From the NCBI GenBank assembly GCA_050949565.1, contig JBMNFY010000010.1:352611-416610 (forward strand): a stretch of DNA of 64,000 bases, written 5' to 3'. The position numbers and the translations under genes were made by a program. A model generated the notes under the pieces. The model was not told where the DNA came from. It ran no database searches and worked only from the letters and a program-made list of their open reading frames with translations. Positions 54,676 to 64,000 of the stretch are shown in pieces; position 1 is the first letter of the stretch; each line of letters opens with the position of its first letter. This DNA is from Kiritimatiellia bacterium (lineage in GTDB: Bacteria; Verrucomicrobiota; Kiritimatiellia; RFP12; UBA1067).

Positions 54676-55829
54676 AACGGCAGACGCTATTGACGGTGTT
54701 GGTGGCGGTGACGATGGTCTCCGTCTGTATGGCGGTGCGCGCGCAAGAGACGCTGCAGGTGGTCGCGCGCGATCCGGACGGTCAGGGCTTGCTGGCCAAA
54801 GTGAACGGCAAGCGGGTGCTGTTTGTTAGCGGCACGCCGGAACAGATGGGGCGCGCCCACGGTCGCCTGCTCGCCGAGTTGGTGCCGAATGTGATGCCCC
54901 GCACGATGGCGCTGGTCGGCGCGGGGCTCGCTGTCAAGAAGGGCGAATGGTTCTATGACCGGATCGAAGAGATCTACCGGCGTGCGGGACCGCACACGCC
55001 CGAGCGCTTTCTGCGCGAATGCCGTGCGATGGCGGCGGCTGCCGGCATCACAGAACGGGCGGCGCTCAGCGGCAATTTCTTTCCTGAACTCTTCCATTGC
55101 AGCGGGGTCGCTGTGCGCAATACCGCCAGCACCGACGGCCGCGTGATACATGCGCGCGTACTGGACTACATGCGCGACATCCACCTGCAAAATTACACCG
55201 TGCTGCAGGTGTTCCAGCCCGCGGACGGTATCCCGTGGATGTCGGTGGGGTATGCCGGCTTCTTGGGGACGGTCACTGCCATGAATCTCAAGGGGGTGGC
55301 TATCGGCGAGATGGGGGGCAAGGGCGAAGGGGATTGGGACGGCATGCCCATGACCTTCCTGATGCGCGAGGTCGCGGAACGCGCCGAAAACGTCGAGCAG
55401 GCACTCGCGATCATGCGTGCGGTGCCGCGCTCCTGCGAGTATTATTACGTTATCAGCGACGCTTCACGCAACATGGTCGGTGTCTATGCCACGCCCAGCG
55501 TGGTGGAGGTGCTGGGCCCCGGCCAGCAGGATAAGCGTCTGCCGCCTGTGCCCAAAGACACGGTGATGCTTTCGGCTGGTGGACGCGCCAAAGCGCTCTC
55601 CGAACGGCTCCACGCGCGGTTCGGCACGATCACGCCGGAGGTGATGATCGAGATCATCAAACGTCCGGTGGCGATGCGTTCCAATCTGCATAATGCCGTG
55701 TTCATGCCGGAGACGCTCGACATGTGGTTCGCCGACGCCGGCAAGAAAACGCCAGCCTGCGACGAGCCGTACACGCGGGTCAATTTGCGCACGTTGCTTG
55801 ACTTTTACGCGAGTCAGCGCGCACCGTGA
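54672..55829 (+). CDS. C45-family Ntn hydrolase/acyltransferase (acid-ceramidase-like), secreted
   Basis: G....MG..HG, HCSG.A autoprocessing Cys, HARVLDY, GF.G.VT.MN, GMP..F.MR; ATGA overlap. Confidence 0.82.
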   Translation: MKRQTLLTVLVAVTMVSVCMAVRAQETLQVVARDPDGQGLLAKVNGKRVLFVSGTPEQMGRAHGRLLAELVPNVMPRTMALVGAGLAVKKGEWFYDRIEEIYRRAGPHTPERFLRECRAMAAAAGITERAALSGNFFPELFHCSGVAVRNTASTDGRVIHARVLDYMRDIHLQNYTVLQVFQPADGIPWMSVGYAGFLGTVTAMNLKGVAIGEMGGKGEGDWDGMPMTFLMREVAERAENVEQALAIMRAVPRSCEYYYVISDASRNMVGVYATPSVVEVLGPGQQDKRLPPVPKDTVMLSAGGRAKALSERLHARFGTITPEVMIEIIKRPVAMRSNLHNAVFMPETLDMWFADAGKKTPACDEPYTRVNLRTLLDFYASQRAP

Positions 55830-55994
55830 GGTTGAGAAATGTGTGTCAGAATGGTGACATGTGAATCTGGCACACCCGTAAAAGCGAAGATGCGCCGCTT
55901 TGGAATTGCGTGTTTAGCGTCCTGTTGATACACTGCAACAATCTTCAAAAAGCATAGTGTACAGCGGTGGTTTCGGGTATGACGGGCGAGGTTT

Positions 55995-57224
55995 ATGCGT
56001 AAAGCGAAAATCAGGCGAATTGAGCGGATCGAACATTATCTGGTCCGTATTATCCAGCAACCCGGTGCCGATCAGGGTCATCCTTGGGCGATTCGTACAC
56101 TGCTGAGGCTGCTCAAGGGGATTTCCCATGTGTTCAAAAGCGTGGTGCTGACGCGGCTCTTTCTCTATGAGGTCGGCATCCTCCGCCGTTATCCGCTGGG
56201 GTGTCAGGTGATCAGCGTCGGCAACATTACCGCAGGCGGTACGGGCAAGACGCCGGTGGTAGAAATTTTTGCGCGTGAACTGCAAAAGTCGGGGCGCAGG
56301 GTCGCGATTCTTAGCCGTGGCTACCGTAAAAAGGAATTGCCTTGGTATCAACGCATTTTCCGCGAGGCGATTGAGCCGCCGCGCGTGGTGAGCGACGGCA
56401 AGCGGCTGCTGCTCGACAGCGAGATGGGGGGAGACGAGCCCTACATGCTGGCCAGCAACCTGCCGGGCGTCGTGGTGCTGGTCGATAAGAACCGGGTGAA
56501 GAGCGGCCGTTACGCCGTCAAGCACTTCGGTTGCGACACGCTGATCCTGGATGACGGCTTTCAGTATCAAAAACTGCGCCACCGGCTGGAGATCGTGCTG
56601 GTCGACAAGACCAATCCTTTCGGTAACACTCATCTGCTGCCGCGTGGCGTGTTGCGCGAGCCGATCCGCAACCTCAAGCGCGCGGACTTCATTTTCATCA
56701 CCAAGTCGGACGGAAACTCTGAAGCGTTGCGTCAGCAGATCCGTGAATTGAACGATCACGCTGAGATTATTGAGTGCTGCCACCAGCCGCGTTACTTGCA
56801 GAATGTCTATACGGCGGAACGGATGCCGCTGGACTGGCTCAAAGGACGTACGGTGACTTCGCTTTCAGGTATCGCGGTGCCGCAGAGCTTTGAAAATTCG
56901 CTGCGCCTGATGGGCGCGCGCGTGATCCATTGCGAACGCTATGCCGACCATCACCGTTACCACGCGCAAGAGATTATCGACGCGGTCAACCGCGCGGCCG
57001 ACCTGCATGCCGACGCGCTGATGACGACGGAGAAGGACGCGGTGCGCTTTCCGCGGCTGGAGACCACGCCGGTGCCGATTTATTATGTGCGTGTAGAGAT
57101 CAAGCTGTTAGACGGCGCGGAAAACTTCCACGATGCGGTGGAGCATATCTGCTTCCGCAAGGGGGCTTCGAAAAAGGCTGCGTCGGCAGGATCGGCTGAG
57201 ACAGCGTATCTTGCAAGAGGTTGA
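55995..57224 (+). CDS. lpxK: Tetraacyldisaccharide 4'-kinase
   Basis: [51 protein letters not shown]. Confidence 0.95.
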   Translation: MRKAKIRRIERIEHYLVRIIQQPGADQGHPWAIRTLLRLLKGISHVFKSVVLTRLFLYEVGILRRYPLGCQVISVGNITAGGTGKTPVVEIFARELQKSGRRVAILSRGYRKKELPWYQRIFREAIEPPRVVSDGKRLLLDSEMGGDEPYMLASNLPGVVVLVDKNRVKSGRYAVKHFGCDTLILDDGFQYQKLRHRLEIVLVDKTNPFGNTHLLPRGVLREPIRNLKRADFIFITKSDGNSEALRQQIRELNDHAEIIECCHQPRYLQNVYTAERMPLDWLKGRTVTSLSGIAVPQSFENSLRLMGARVIHCERYADHHRYHAQEIIDAVNRAADLHADALMTTEKDAVRFPRLETTPVPIYYVRVEIKLLDGAENFHDAVEHICFRKGASKKAASAGSAETAYLARG

Positions 57225-57249
57225 CGCGCATGCGTGTTCGGTTTTATTT

Positions 57250-57628
57250 TTGACATGATTGGCATGATTAACAACATGATTGTTGTGCCGTGCGCGGCGT
57301 GGCGGCGAATTTTGGAGTGCGGTGACAAGAGCCGCGCTGTGCGCGAGTCGCGGCACCGCTTTCTCTTCGCGCTATGTGCGAAGACACACTTAGTCGCCAC
57401 ACTTAGTCGGTTACACTTAGTCCCCACTCTTAGTCGATTGCGCCAACGACGAAGTGTTTCGACGAAGTGTTTTCGACGAAGTGTTTCGACGAAGTGTGCC
57501 TTGCGCTTTCTGGTTTTATCCACAGATTTACGCAGATTACGCAGATTTTTCTTTTTTGTCTTTGTCCGCAGGATGGGAGGGACGAGCGTCTGCTCGTCCG
57601 CGGGCAAGCAGACGCTTGCCCCTTCCGG
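57250..57628. repeat. Mosaic intergenic repeat block between lpxK and murJ
   Basis: GACATGATT 9-mers; composite element 57283-57436; ACACTTAGTC x4 facing CGACGAAGTGT x4 (57447-57497, near reverse complement); CGCAGATT repeats; 49-bp REP doublet identical to 10987-11035. Confidence 0.85.
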
Positions 57629-57695
57629 CGCTCCGCGAGACCGAGGCTCACCCCCGACTGCTCAGACCGGGCGCACGCGGGAGCCTGCTCCGCGC

Positions 57696-59288
57696 GTGTT
57701 GCGATCGGTCTCAGTCGTGAGCCTGATGACGGCAGTCAGCCGCGTGCTGGGGCTGGTGCGCGAGATCGCGATGGCGTATTTTTTCGGTACGTCGGCACTC
57801 AAGTCCGCTTTTGATCTGGCCTTCATCGTCCCGAACTTGTTCCGCCGTCTGTTTGGCGAAGGGGCGCTGTCGAGTGCGTTTATCCCGGTCTTCAGTGAGT
57901 CGCTGGTAAAGGAGGGCCGCGAGAGCGCGTTGCGGTTTGCGGTGCGTGTGATCAGCCTGCTGGTGATGGTGTTGGGCGTGGTGACTCTTTTGGGCATCTT
58001 GTTGACGTGGCCGCTGGAGCGCCTGCTGCCGCCCGACAGCCGCTGGCTGATCCCCTTGCCGATGTTGCGCATCATGCTGCCTTATGCCTTGCTGATCTGC
58101 GTTGCGGCGTTGTTGTCAGGCATGCTGAACACGTTCGGACGCTTTGCGATTTCTTCACTGACGCCGTTCTTGCTGAATCTCATTTGGATTGTGACGCTCT
58201 GTGTGGCGTGCCCGTTGCTGCGCGGCCTGCCGGAGAAGCAGATCATTGTGCTGAGCTGGGCGATTCTGGCCGCTGGACTGGCACAGGTGCTGTTCCAATT
58301 GCCGGCGCTCGCCAGTGAGGGGTTCCGCTTCAAGCTGCGGTTCCGCGCGCTGCTGTCCGATTCCAAGGTGCGCCGCGTGCTGGCACTGATGGCACCAGCG
58401 GCACTGGGCATTGGCGTCATTCAGATCAACGTGTGTCTCGACAAACTGCTGGCGTTCTGGGCTGACCCTGCCGCACCGGCGGCGCTGGAGTATGCGGAGC
58501 GGATTGTGTATCTGCCGCTGGGCATGTTCGGCACGGCGTTCATGACCGTGCTGCTGCCGACCTTCTCGCGTCAGGCTGCAGCCGGCGACACCGCGCTGAT
58601 GCGCGAGACGCTTGAACGCGCCATCCGCAATCTGGCTGTGATTATGGCTCCGTGTTCCGCCGCGTTGCTGGTCTTGGCGTTGCCGGTGATCTCGTTGATC
58701 TACAATTTCAAAGGCGGGCGCTTCGACGAGACTTCGGCGATGCTTAGTGCGCGGGCATTGACTGCTTATGCGCCGGGCTTGCTGGTGTTCAGCTTGCAAA
58801 AGGCGTTAACGCCGGTCTTTTACGGTTTGCAGGATCTCAAGACGCCGGTGCGCGTGAGCATGGTCGGACTGGTGTTGAATGTGACGATGAATGTTTCGAG
58901 CGTGATTGGGCTGCCGCACGGTTGGAAGCATGTCGGTATCGCGGGGTCGACCGTGATTACCAGTCTGATAAACGGGATCATGCTCGCCGTGTTGTTGCGG
59001 CGGCGCGGGGACTTTTTGCGCGCGGCGGGGTTTGCCGGTGCCGTGGTGCGCGCAATGCTTTGCGCGGCGGCGATGGCGGTCGCCGCGCTGTCCGTGTACA
59101 TGCTGTGCCAGCGACTGCTGGGGCGGGGGGGGGATGGCCTGACCAAGGGGGCTGAGATCGTAGCGATGGCGGTCACCGTCGTATCCGGCGTGGTCGTGTA
59201 CGTCGGTGCCATGGCAATTGTAAGCCGCAACGAGCTACGCGAGATGCTCGGTGATGTGTGGCGGCGCAAGACAAAGAAGGGGGCGTGA
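57696..59288 (+). CDS. murJ: Lipid II flippase MurJ
   Basis: T..SRVLGLVRE, AF..PNLFRRLFGEGALSSAFIPVF, YAERI..LP.G.FG, LLP..S, FY...D.KTP; start uncertain because the upstream extension is repeat DNA. Confidence 0.93.
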   Translation: MLRSVSVVSLMTAVSRVLGLVREIAMAYFFGTSALKSAFDLAFIVPNLFRRLFGEGALSSAFIPVFSESLVKEGRESALRFAVRVISLLVMVLGVVTLLGILLTWPLERLLPPDSRWLIPLPMLRIMLPYALLICVAALLSGMLNTFGRFAISSLTPFLLNLIWIVTLCVACPLLRGLPEKQIIVLSWAILAAGLAQVLFQLPALASEGFRFKLRFRALLSDSKVRRVLALMAPAALGIGVIQINVCLDKLLAFWADPAAPAALEYAERIVYLPLGMFGTAFMTVLLPTFSRQAAAGDTALMRETLERAIRNLAVIMAPCSAALLVLALPVISLIYNFKGGRFDETSAMLSARALTAYAPGLLVFSLQKALTPVFYGLQDLKTPVRVSMVGLVLNVTMNVSSVIGLPHGWKHVGIAGSTVITSLINGIMLAVLLRRRGDFLRAAGFAGAVVRAMLCAAAMAVAALSVYMLCQRLLGRGGDGLTKGAEIVAMAVTVVSGVVVYVGAMAIVSRNELREMLGDVWRRKTKKGA

Positions 59289-59289
59289 G

Positions 59290-60351
59290 ATGGAACCGAA
59301 ACGGATCGTGGTGGCATGCGGCGGAACCGGGGGGCATGTGTTTCCTGGACTGACGGTGGCGCAGGAACTGAAACGGCGCGGGCATGAGGTGGAGGTCTGG
59401 TTGTCCGGCCGAGATATCGAAAATGCTGCGCTGCATGGTTGGGACGGCGCGGTGTTTGCGACCGGCGCGCGCCAGCTCAAGTTACGTACGGTGCCGGCCA
59501 TGGTGCGTTCGTTCTGGACGTGTCTGGGCGGGGTGAGGCGGTTCCGTCCCGACGCGATGCTGGCCATGGGCAGCTACTCCAGCCTGCCGCCTGTACTGGC
59601 CGCGCGTCTCAAGAAAGTGCCGGTCGTGTTGCACGAGGCCAACGCTGTGCCGGGCAAGGCGGTTGACTTTCTTTCGCGGTATGCGGTGATGACCGCAATC
59701 AGTTTTGAAGAGACGAAGGAATGGTTGCCGGGACGTGTCACGCGGCACACGGGGTTGCCGGTACGCGCTGATCTGGCGGGACAGCCGCGTTTCAGCGAGA
59801 TACCGGAGGGAGCCTTTACCGTGTTGGTGACCGGCGGGAGCCAAGGCGCACGGACGATTAATAAGCTGGCATCGCAGGCCATGTGCCTGCTGAAGCAGTC
59901 AGGCGCGGAGCAGCTCTATGTAATCCATCAGTGCGGCGCGGCGGATGAGGAGCGTCTTCGGGAGACCTACGCGGCGGCCGGGGTGCCCTCCATGACGTTG
60001 GCTTTTATTGCGGAGATGGGGCGTGCGTATGCATCGGCCGACCTGGTGATTTGCCGCGCTGGCGCTTCGACTTGCTTTGAGTTGTGTCTGCTAGGCAAGG
60101 CGGCGCTCTTGATTCCGCTGCCCACTGCGGTGCGCGATCACCAGAAGGCCAACGCCACGGCGCTGGCGCGTTCTCACGGTGTGGACGTGGGCACTCAAAA
60201 GGAGTTGACCGGACGTTCGCTGATGCGTTACGTGAAGAACAAGATGGATAACCCCGTGTTGCTGAAGCGCATGAGCCAGGCAATCCGCGCCTTAGCCATG
60301 CCGGATGCGGTCGCGCGCGTCGCGGATGTGCTGGAGGAAGTGATGGGGTAA
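59290..60351 (+). CDS. murG: Undecaprenyldiphospho-muramoylpentapeptide GlcNAc transferase MurG
   Basis: GGTGGHVFPG, HEANAVPG, TG.PVR, GGSQGA, ADLVICRAGAST, LIP.P....HQ..NA. Confidence 0.95.
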   Translation: MEPKRIVVACGGTGGHVFPGLTVAQELKRRGHEVEVWLSGRDIENAALHGWDGAVFATGARQLKLRTVPAMVRSFWTCLGGVRRFRPDAMLAMGSYSSLPPVLAARLKKVPVVLHEANAVPGKAVDFLSRYAVMTAISFEETKEWLPGRVTRHTGLPVRADLAGQPRFSEIPEGAFTVLVTGGSQGARTINKLASQAMCLLKQSGAEQLYVIHQCGAADEERLRETYAAAGVPSMTLAFIAEMGRAYASADLVICRAGASTCFELCLLGKAALLIPLPTAVRDHQKANATALARSHGVDVGTQKELTGRSLMRYVKNKMDNPVLLKRMSQAIRALAMPDAVARVADVLEEVMG

Positions 60352-60352
60352 T

Positions 60353-60426
60353 ATCGAGCGATTCGAATGAATCGAACGATTCGATTCTGTCGACTACCTC
60401 GATTCTCTCGATTCCATCGACCGTTT
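60353..60426. repeat. TCGA-core 9-mer degenerate repeats between convergent genes
   Basis: tcgagcgat tcgaatgaa tcgaacgat tcgattctg tcgactacc tcgattctc tcgattcca tcgaccgtt; a related string lies at ~48356-48374. Confidence 0.75.
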
Positions 60427-60427
60427 C

Positions 60428-62098
60428 TTACTTGTCGCTCGTTTCAGGCGCTTTCTTCGATTCCATCATCTGGGCGGCGAAGATTTGAAAGAAAACCTCT
60501 TGCAGGACGGCTCGCCCTTCGCGGTTGAGGCGTTGCAAGGCGGCGATTTCATTGGCCTGCACGCGCAGTGAGGCGGTCAGCGTGCGGTCGTTGCGTATGA
60601 CCCCAAAAAGTGCGCCGTCACCGCCGCGCGGCAGTAGCCGCGCCTGCTCGGGCTTGACTTCCGGCATGATTGTGACCGTGTGCCGTATCAACTCCGCCGC
60701 GCGCAGGAGTCCGCCGAAGGTCAGGTCCGAGGTCAGTGCCGGATCTTGTCCGCCAATCCGGCGGTTGAGCGGTAGCGGACGCTTGGTAAACGTGGCAGGC
60801 GGCAACTGCTCATCGATTGCACCTTCGGGACCGAGCGCGACAACGCAGTAGCCGTTGTGGACGGCGCACTCTAGCACGGCATGTTTCAGAAGTAGAGACA
60901 GCAGAATGTGGCTGATTGCCGGTGAGGCGGTCGTCGGGGCGGTCGCCCCCCGCGCCTGCGTGGGTGGTGCCGGTTGTTGCAGGATGACCGTATACGTCTC
61001 GATGGTCGTTCCGCCCGATTCGCGTTGGCGCAGATGTTTGAACGCGACGCTGTTTGTGGTGCTGTCAGTGTCAGCGAGCGAACGGATCGCGCTGCGGGCC
61101 GCTTCCTGATTTTTAAGCGGCAGGAGTTGCACCCAACAGAGCCCCTTGCCGTTACGGGTCGGCACGATATAGTCCAGACGGTCGCCCGCCACGGCTTGCG
61201 GTGCTAGGCGACCGGCGGTCGGCGCATACAACCGATGCCGTTGTTTGCCTAAGAAGGGGGTCCAAAGACTGGGGCGGTCGATGGCTCCAAGCGACATGAA
61301 GAAAGCGTTGTCCGGTACCGCATGCCAGAGCGGTTCGGAGGGCACGCGCCACGAGGCGAGTAGCGTATCAAGTTCCGACCCCTGCTTGGCGGTGGCGCGC
61401 AGGGTAAGACCCAGCGCCGCACCCTCCAGCGTGAGCGAGAACGAAAGACTTTCACACTCGCGTAGCAGTTGGTCGAGGTTAACCGTGTCTGCCGCCTGCG
61501 CACTGCGCGCGCCAGTCAAGTCCGCTATGCGCTGTGGATTGACCAAGATACGGAAGGTTCCCGGCAAACTTTGCGGTGGTGCCTCAAGGAACTTCGAGCG
61601 GTTCTCCCAGATCCATGTCAGCGCGGGGAGTGAAACCGAAGTGAACAGATAACGGTCCGCTATCGCCACCGCTACGCGCGGCGCGCGGTTCGTGTCGGGG
61701 GGCGCTTCGTAGAGCGTGAAAGCGCCCTGCGTCTTATGCTGCGTATAGGCTGCTGTGAAAGCCTGCCGGATCAGAGTGCCATCGTCGGCCAAGGGAATGA
61801 TGGCCACACTCGCGGGATTGTCGGGGGCAGGCGGGGTGTCGGGATCGACCGACTGCACGATTCTTAGCGGGGCCGCGACAGCGATGCCGGTGTGCGCAGG
61901 CAGCAGCAACGCCTGATCGAGGCGGGTACGGACCTGCTCCTGCACGAGCGGCAGATCGGCGACGCGGCCGAACGCGGCAGTGCTGTAGTGGATGCTGCGG
62001 ATGCTGTCCGCCTCCAGGATGCCGACAAACAGACGCTCCGCCCGGCAGGAGAGGGCGGCCAGTAAGATGACACTCGCGATCAAATGATTGGCAGACAT
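60428..62098 (-). CDS. Hypothetical secreted protein
   Basis: 556 aa ORF with signal peptide; AGGA RBS; no recognised motif. Confidence 0.65.
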   Translation of the reverse strand: MSANHLIASVILLAALSCRAERLFVGILEADSIRSIHYSTAAFGRVADLPLVQEQVRTRLDQALLLPAHTGIAVAAPLRIVQSVDPDTPPAPDNPASVAIIPLADDGTLIRQAFTAAYTQHKTQGAFTLYEAPPDTNRAPRVAVAIADRYLFTSVSLPALTWIWENRSKFLEAPPQSLPGTFRILVNPQRIADLTGARSAQAADTVNLDQLLRECESLSFSLTLEGAALGLTLRATAKQGSELDTLLASWRVPSEPLWHAVPDNAFFMSLGAIDRPSLWTPFLGKQRHRLYAPTAGRLAPQAVAGDRLDYIVPTRNGKGLCWVQLLPLKNQEAARSAIRSLADTDSTTNSVAFKHLRQRESGGTTIETYTVILQQPAPPTQARGATAPTTASPAISHILLSLLLKHAVLECAVHNGYCVVALGPEGAIDEQLPPATFTKRPLPLNRRIGGQDPALTSDLTFGGLLRAAELIRHTVTIMPEVKPEQARLLPRGGDGALFGVIRNDRTLTASLRVQANEIAALQRLNREGRAVLQEVFFQIFAAQMMESKKAPETSDK

Positions 62099-62110
62099 GG
62101 CGTTCCTGAT

Positions 62111-62632
62111 TTAACGGCGGCGTTTGGGTTGTGGGCGGTAGAACATCAGCATGACGCTCTTCAAGTGCTCCGCGAGATTCGGATCACTGCCAAAAACGTC
62201 GTCCTCTGAACCGCAGGTCTTGTTCTGGATGTTGGCCGAAACGAAAATGGCTTCATTGGTATTGATGCTGTCGCCCTTGCGCCGGTCTTTAAAAAGTCCT
62301 TGGTCGACCAACATTTGGAAGATGCGGGTGACCTCTTCGCGCGGTAGCGTGATACGCGTTTCCACCACATCGTTCCAGTTCGGATCATTGTGATTCGCGG
62401 CAAAGGGGTGGGTCACCAGCAGGCTGCTGCCTTCGCGCACCGTCACCATGCCATTGCCGTCCATGCGGATGGACACGCGCTGCATCGGTTTAGTGCGGTA
62501 ACTGTAGTGGCGGATCGAGACCCAGTTGAGCCCGGACTCCTTAACGGTGAAATAGGGGTAGTCGATGAAACTTGCGCATCCGCAAACCACGGCGACCACG
62601 AGCAACGTACCCCAAAGCATTCGTTTTTTCAT
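62111..62632 (-). CDS. Hypothetical lipoprotein
   Basis: MKKR plus hydrophobic stretch and VCGC lipobox. Confidence 0.7.
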   Translation of the reverse strand: MKKRMLWGTLLVVAVVCGCASFIDYPYFTVKESGLNWVSIRHYSYRTKPMQRVSIRMDGNGMVTVREGSSLLVTHPFAANHNDPNWNDVVETRITLPREEVTRIFQMLVDQGLFKDRRKGDSINTNEAIFVSANIQNKTCGSEDDVFGSDPNLAEHLKSVMLMFYRPQPKRRR

Positions 62633-62633
62633 G

Positions 62634-63812
62634 TCAGATCAGTTCCTCGATGTACTTGTTTTTCAAGAGGCGCCAGACAACCACGATAAAGGCGCTGAGC
62701 GGAATCGCCAGCAGCACGCCCAGAACGCCTCTAAAAACTACGCCCCAGAAGAGCAACGAAAAAATGATGGCCGGATCACTCAAGCCGGTCTTTTTGCCTT
62801 GGATGCGTGGCGTGATGAAGTAGCTGTCCAGTACCTGCACGACGCAAAACACAGCGATCACCAAGATCAGCCTCACGACGCTCCCCCCCTCGCCGAAAAC
62901 GGCCATCGGTAGCGTGACGGCCAGTCCGACAACATTGCCGAGATACGGGACAAGGTTGAAGCATCCCAGAGTCAGGCCGATCAGAAATCCGTAGGGCAGC
63001 CCGACCAGCCAGAAGCCCACGCCGAACAGCAGGCCCTGGATAAAGGCGACTATAAGCTGGCCACGGAAAAAAGCTACGATGATCGTGATGAATTCATCGA
63101 CCAGATAGGCGACGTCGTGGCGCGTTCCGGGTTTGAGGAAGGGCAGGAAGGTTTCGACCTTGCACCCGGAAATGGAGGGGGCTTGCAGGAAGTAGATCAG
63201 ATAGATCGGCACCACCAGCCAGCCAACCAGCGAGGCGACATAGCGGATCGCGCCCATGCCGACCGAGAGCGCCTTGCCGCCGACTTCGTTGAACGAGATT
63301 TGTTCCGTCAGGGAAGCGATATAGGTGCTTGGGGCGGTCAATAGCGGGATTTTTCCTTCCAGTCCGTATTTGGCGAGGAAAGCCTGTAGGCTGGGATGGG
63401 CGTCGGTTATGGCGGCGGTGACGCGTTCAAAAAGTACGGGTAGGTATTCGATCAGCGATACAAACTGCGTCACAAACAGTGTGCCGAAAAAGAAGAACAA
63501 CGCCCCCAGCGGGATCAGGATCGAGAGGAAGAGCACCAGGAGTGCCAGCCAGTTGGGGAGGCCCAACCGCTCGTGTAGCCGGATGTAGTAGGGCTTGAGT
63601 AGCACGGCCAGGATCACCGCGACAATCAGCGGGGTCAAGACCACGGAGACCGCGGCAAGCAACGAGAACACGGCCCACAGGATCAACGCGATGAAACCTG
63701 TGACCAGCGTCGCGCACAACACGGTAATGCCTGCAGCAACGATACCGTTCTGCCGCTCCGTGAATACAATCACCGGCCTGCCGTCACGCGGGCGGTTACG
63801 GTAAACAGACAT
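62634..63812 (-). CDS. AI-2E family transporter
   Basis: Multi-TM; P...A.ILA.LL.P, FFRGQ, VPYLG, ITPRI.G...GL, G.LGVLLAIPL. Confidence 0.9.
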   Translation of the reverse strand: MSVYRNRPRDGRPVIVFTERQNGIVAAGITVLCATLVTGFIALILWAVFSLLAAVSVVLTPLIVAVILAVLLKPYYIRLHERLGLPNWLALLVLFLSILIPLGALFFFFGTLFVTQFVSLIEYLPVLFERVTAAITDAHPSLQAFLAKYGLEGKIPLLTAPSTYIASLTEQISFNEVGGKALSVGMGAIRYVASLVGWLVVPIYLIYFLQAPSISGCKVETFLPFLKPGTRHDVAYLVDEFITIIVAFFRGQLIVAFIQGLLFGVGFWLVGLPYGFLIGLTLGCFNLVPYLGNVVGLAVTLPMAVFGEGGSVVRLILVIAVFCVVQVLDSYFITPRIQGKKTGLSDPAIIFSLLFWGVVFRGVLGVLLAIPLSAFIVVVWRLLKNKYIEELI

Positions 63813-63842
63813 GCTGAAATCTCCTGAAAATCATTCGTCCTG

Positions 63843-63871
63843 AGTTTAGGCGGAAGACGGCGGTTTTGCAA
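63843..63871 (-). promoter_or_regulatory. Putative sigma70 promoter for the AI-2E operon
   Basis: Minus strand TTGCAA-N17-TAAACT; GGAG RBS before ATG 63812. Confidence 0.55.
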
Positions 63872-64000
63872 GCCGGTCTTGTCGGTTTTAGAGCAGGTCG
63901 CGGTAGGCGACCAGAGGCGCTCCACTCGAAGCGATGTCGTGGAAACTCATGCACAACGTTGAGCAAATCGACATTCTATGGACCTGGTTCACAGAGTTTT

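Noticed and set aside
57516-57524. Perfect DnaA box TTATCCACA suggesting oriC
   Set aside because: Single copy, part of the CCACAGATT/CGCAGATT repeat family (similar at ~39487); no box cluster, AT-rich unwinding element or dnaA nearby
57234-57695. Long N-terminal extension of MurJ
   Set aside because: Consists of tandem and REP repeats; MurJ homology begins near VLRSVSVVS
102-63804. Numerous short antisense or overlapping ORFs in the six-frame track (e.g. 41440-42408, 44187-45248, 45433-46596, 19287-20309)
   Set aside because: Shadow ORFs expected in high-GC DNA opposite well-supported genes; no recognisable motifs
63949-64000. Possible start of a + strand CDS (MHNVEQIDILWTWFTEF...)
   Set aside because: Only 17 codons are visible at the window edge and there is no clear RBS; cannot be supported

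Overview
GC-rich bacterial chromosomal segment. Gene content and protein style (many secreted glycoside hydrolases, DTDGDG-repeat and BspA-type surface proteins, HEAT/DUF1080 fusion, glnS, lpxK) suggest a diderm PVC-superphylum organism, probably Kiritimatiellia/Lentisphaeria; this is inference. About 45 CDS: housekeeping genes (ruvA, glnS, PPIase, aroF-pheA-chorismate mutase, cysK, mtaB, TrmJ-like, lpxK, murJ, murG) mixed with carbohydrate-active and secreted proteins. No rRNA, tRNA, CRISPR array, integrase or transposase was recognised. Most notable: (1) a tetrapyrrole/siroheme route packed into two fusion genes, SirC-HemA and HemC-CobA-HemD, with HemC lacking its cofactor-binding third domain; (2) an unannotated Phe/Tyr-rich leader peptide with a complete attenuator, ahead of an aromatic operon ending in a eukaryote-type (AroQ-beta-like) chorismate mutase; (3) a coupled PAS kinase / sigma54 activator / exported multi-CxxCxGxG zinc-finger / non-RD Ser/Thr kinase / DUF192 operon; (4) a modular set of intergenic REP-like palindromes and 7-13 bp tandem arrays that occupy all six convergent gene junctions and extend into coding ends; (5) a BspA surface protein whose C-terminal RFYR motif is frameshifted out. 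Product calls rest on motifs recognised by eye; no database search was run.
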